A stretch of 64,000 nucleotides of DNA from Cetorhinus maximus (taxonomy: Eukaryota). A program made the translations under genes and the position numbers. Positions 62,001 through 64,000 of the stretch are shown here, piece by piece. How positions within the stretch are numbered: position 1 is the first letter of the stretch; every line of letters begins with the position of its first letter. Where the stretch lies: the NCBI RefSeq assembly GCF_964194155.1, contig NC_135888.1:133424001-133488000 (forward strand), in the 5' to 3' direction. Below the pieces are notes generated by a model. It saw only the letters and a program-made list of their open reading frames with translations, made no database searches and was not told the origin of the DNA.

Positions 62001-63274
62001 GGACATGCAGATAGGCCCAAGGCTTGGGGGGGAGTGGGAGTTAGGTCAGGGACACAGGCCCAGGTATGTTTCCAGCAGGCCTGAAGGGGGAGGGGCAGGG
62101 AGGAGTCCCAAATCCCAGCGGGGGGAGGGCAGTCGGGGAGAATTGGAAGTTTGGTGGGGGTTGGGGGTTGGTGGTGAAACACAGACCACTCCACTGATCG
62201 CATCAGCAGCACCCCACCCAACAGCAAAGCATCCCTTATTTTTGTTTCCCAGAGTTGGTCACCCTGGCAAATTTGGCAATAGCAAGGCAGGCAGCGGCAA
62301 CAGTGGCAGAGTAGGTGGTGGCACCAGTAAGAGACCAGGAACAGCAACAAAATCGCCCTCACTCTGAGGCTCAGGGCAAGGTGGTGACCATGAGTGGATA
62401 TTTGGACCCGTGCCATCCCCGGGAGCTCCCTGTGTAGCTCCAAGCCAGCGGTGTACACCAGGCCGCACAGCTCCCGCCCGATCGGTGCTGCAGTCGCTGG
62501 AGGCCGACTCTGGCTCCAGCCCAGGCCCACCCCAACTGGCATTCCTGAGGACGGGTGATGGAACCCGCCCAGTACCAGGAAGAGCTGCCTGGGAAGGGTT
62601 AGATCGGGAGGTTGGAAGCAGAGGGGGCTGTGCTGAAGGAAAAGTGGCGGCTATTTCTGGGCTTAGTGGCTGCCTCCAAGAACAAATTCTTGCAGCCTTC
62701 GGACAGGGCATACATTTGTTTATATAACTGCAGTTTAAAGTAATCTGCCACATGTCTTTGAAGGCTGACTAAGGCAGCGTCCCTGCAGTGAGAAAAAGAT
62801 GATGGGTGTATTGGGGTAGTGCCGATGTCTCCCCAGCCTCTGATTTAACATACTTTCTTCCCGCCCAGCGGCAGCCAGAGGAATGCACCAGCCTCTCAAG
62901 GTGTTGCAGCCCAGGACCGCACCCCTTGGCACGGCAACACCACCCCTGCACACACAGAGTGCAGCCCCTGCAATGATTGTCACCGTTGGAGAGGAAGGTG
63001 TGCGTGTGGAGCAGCTGGACAACTGGGAAGGTATTCATTCTCACACCAAAGAAAAAAAAAATTGCACAGCTTTTACTCAAACTTTTAATCTGTTCAAACT
63101 AGTATTACTGGTTTATATGACCAGTTTTACAGGCTCAGAACTGGCCTTCAGCTTTAAGTTCAGAACTGGATCTACTGGTACCAGTTTTACTGGAACTTCC
63201 AACCGAATTAGGTGTGACCCAGTTCAGGTGTTAAAGATAATTGCAGGTTTTGACAGAAACGCAGAGACATTGAA

Positions 63275-63970
63275 AATAGGAGCAGGAGTAGGTCATTTGG
63301 CACTTTGAGCCTGCTCCACCATTCATGGCTGATCCTCAATCTCAACGTCATACTCCCGCTGTCTCCCCACACTCCTTGACCCTTTTAGAGTTTAGAAATC
63401 TATTTCCTCCTTAAATATATTCAGTGACTTGGCCTCCACAGCCCACTGTGGTAGAGAGTTCCACAGGTTCACCACCTTCTGAGTGAAGAAGTTTCTCCTC
63501 TTCTCAGTCCTAAATGGTCTACCCTGTATCCTGAGACTGTGACCCCCTGGTTCTAGACCCCCCCAGCCAGAGGAAACATCATCCCTGCATCCAGTCTGTC
63601 AGTCCTGTCAGGATTTTATACGTTTCAATGATATCCACCCTCATTCTTCTAAATCCAGTGAACAACAGGCCTAGTCAACCCAGTTTCTCCTCATATGAAA
63701 ATCCTGCCATCCCAGGAATCAGTCTGGTGAACTTTCACTGCACTCCCTCTATGGAAAGTATATCCTTTCTTAGGTAAGGAGACCAACCTTGCACACAATA
63801 CTCCAGGTGTGGTCTCACCAGGGCCTTGTACAGCTGCCATAAGACATCTTTGCTCCTGTACTCAAGTCCTCTCACAATGAAGGCCAACATACCATTTGCC
63901 GCCTTAACTGCTTGCTGCACCTGCATACTTGCTTTCAGTGATTGGTGTACAAGGACACCTAGGTCCCTTT
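63275..63970 (-). mobile_element. CR1 LINE 3' portion
   Basis: QVQQAVKAANGMLAFIVRG..LYKALVRPHLEYCVQ.WSP. Confidence 0.92.
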
Positions 63971-64000
63971 ATAGACGGTAGATAGGGAGAAACTCTGTCC

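Overview
Eukaryotic, repeat-saturated genomic DNA, most likely from a shark or other cartilaginous fish (inferred from the repeat families, not from a marker gene). I could not identify any intact host protein-coding gene. The window is a nested transposon graveyard. LTR elements: a decayed Gypsy-type element with a tRNA-Pro PBS (window start to 6758), a solo LTR, a second Gypsy gag-protease remnant with a tRNA-Leu-type PBS, and a near-complete decayed GalEa-like Copia element (32935-38045, tRNA-iMet PBS) inserted into a Deu-domain SINE. DNA transposons: a full-length PIF/Harbinger element (19108-23576; TIRs, GTT TSD, intron-containing Myb/SANT gene, transposase missing its DDE core), a non-autonomous relative, and Tigger and hAT-like remnants. 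Non-LTR elements: RTE, Tx1, CR1, L2 and an abundant APE-RT LINE with its partner SINE. Less obvious items: five Penelope-derived segments with minimal hammerhead-ribozyme folds (two are ~200-240 bp palindromic insertions with 11-12 bp TSDs), a cryptic histone H2A pseudogene fragment (42399-42640, minus strand), a 1.8 kb variant-unit minisatellite with a 130 bp higher-order repeat, and a GC/CpG-rich promoter-like island near 61.7-63 kb. Coordinates were counted by eye; repeat boundaries are approximate unless a motif is quoted.
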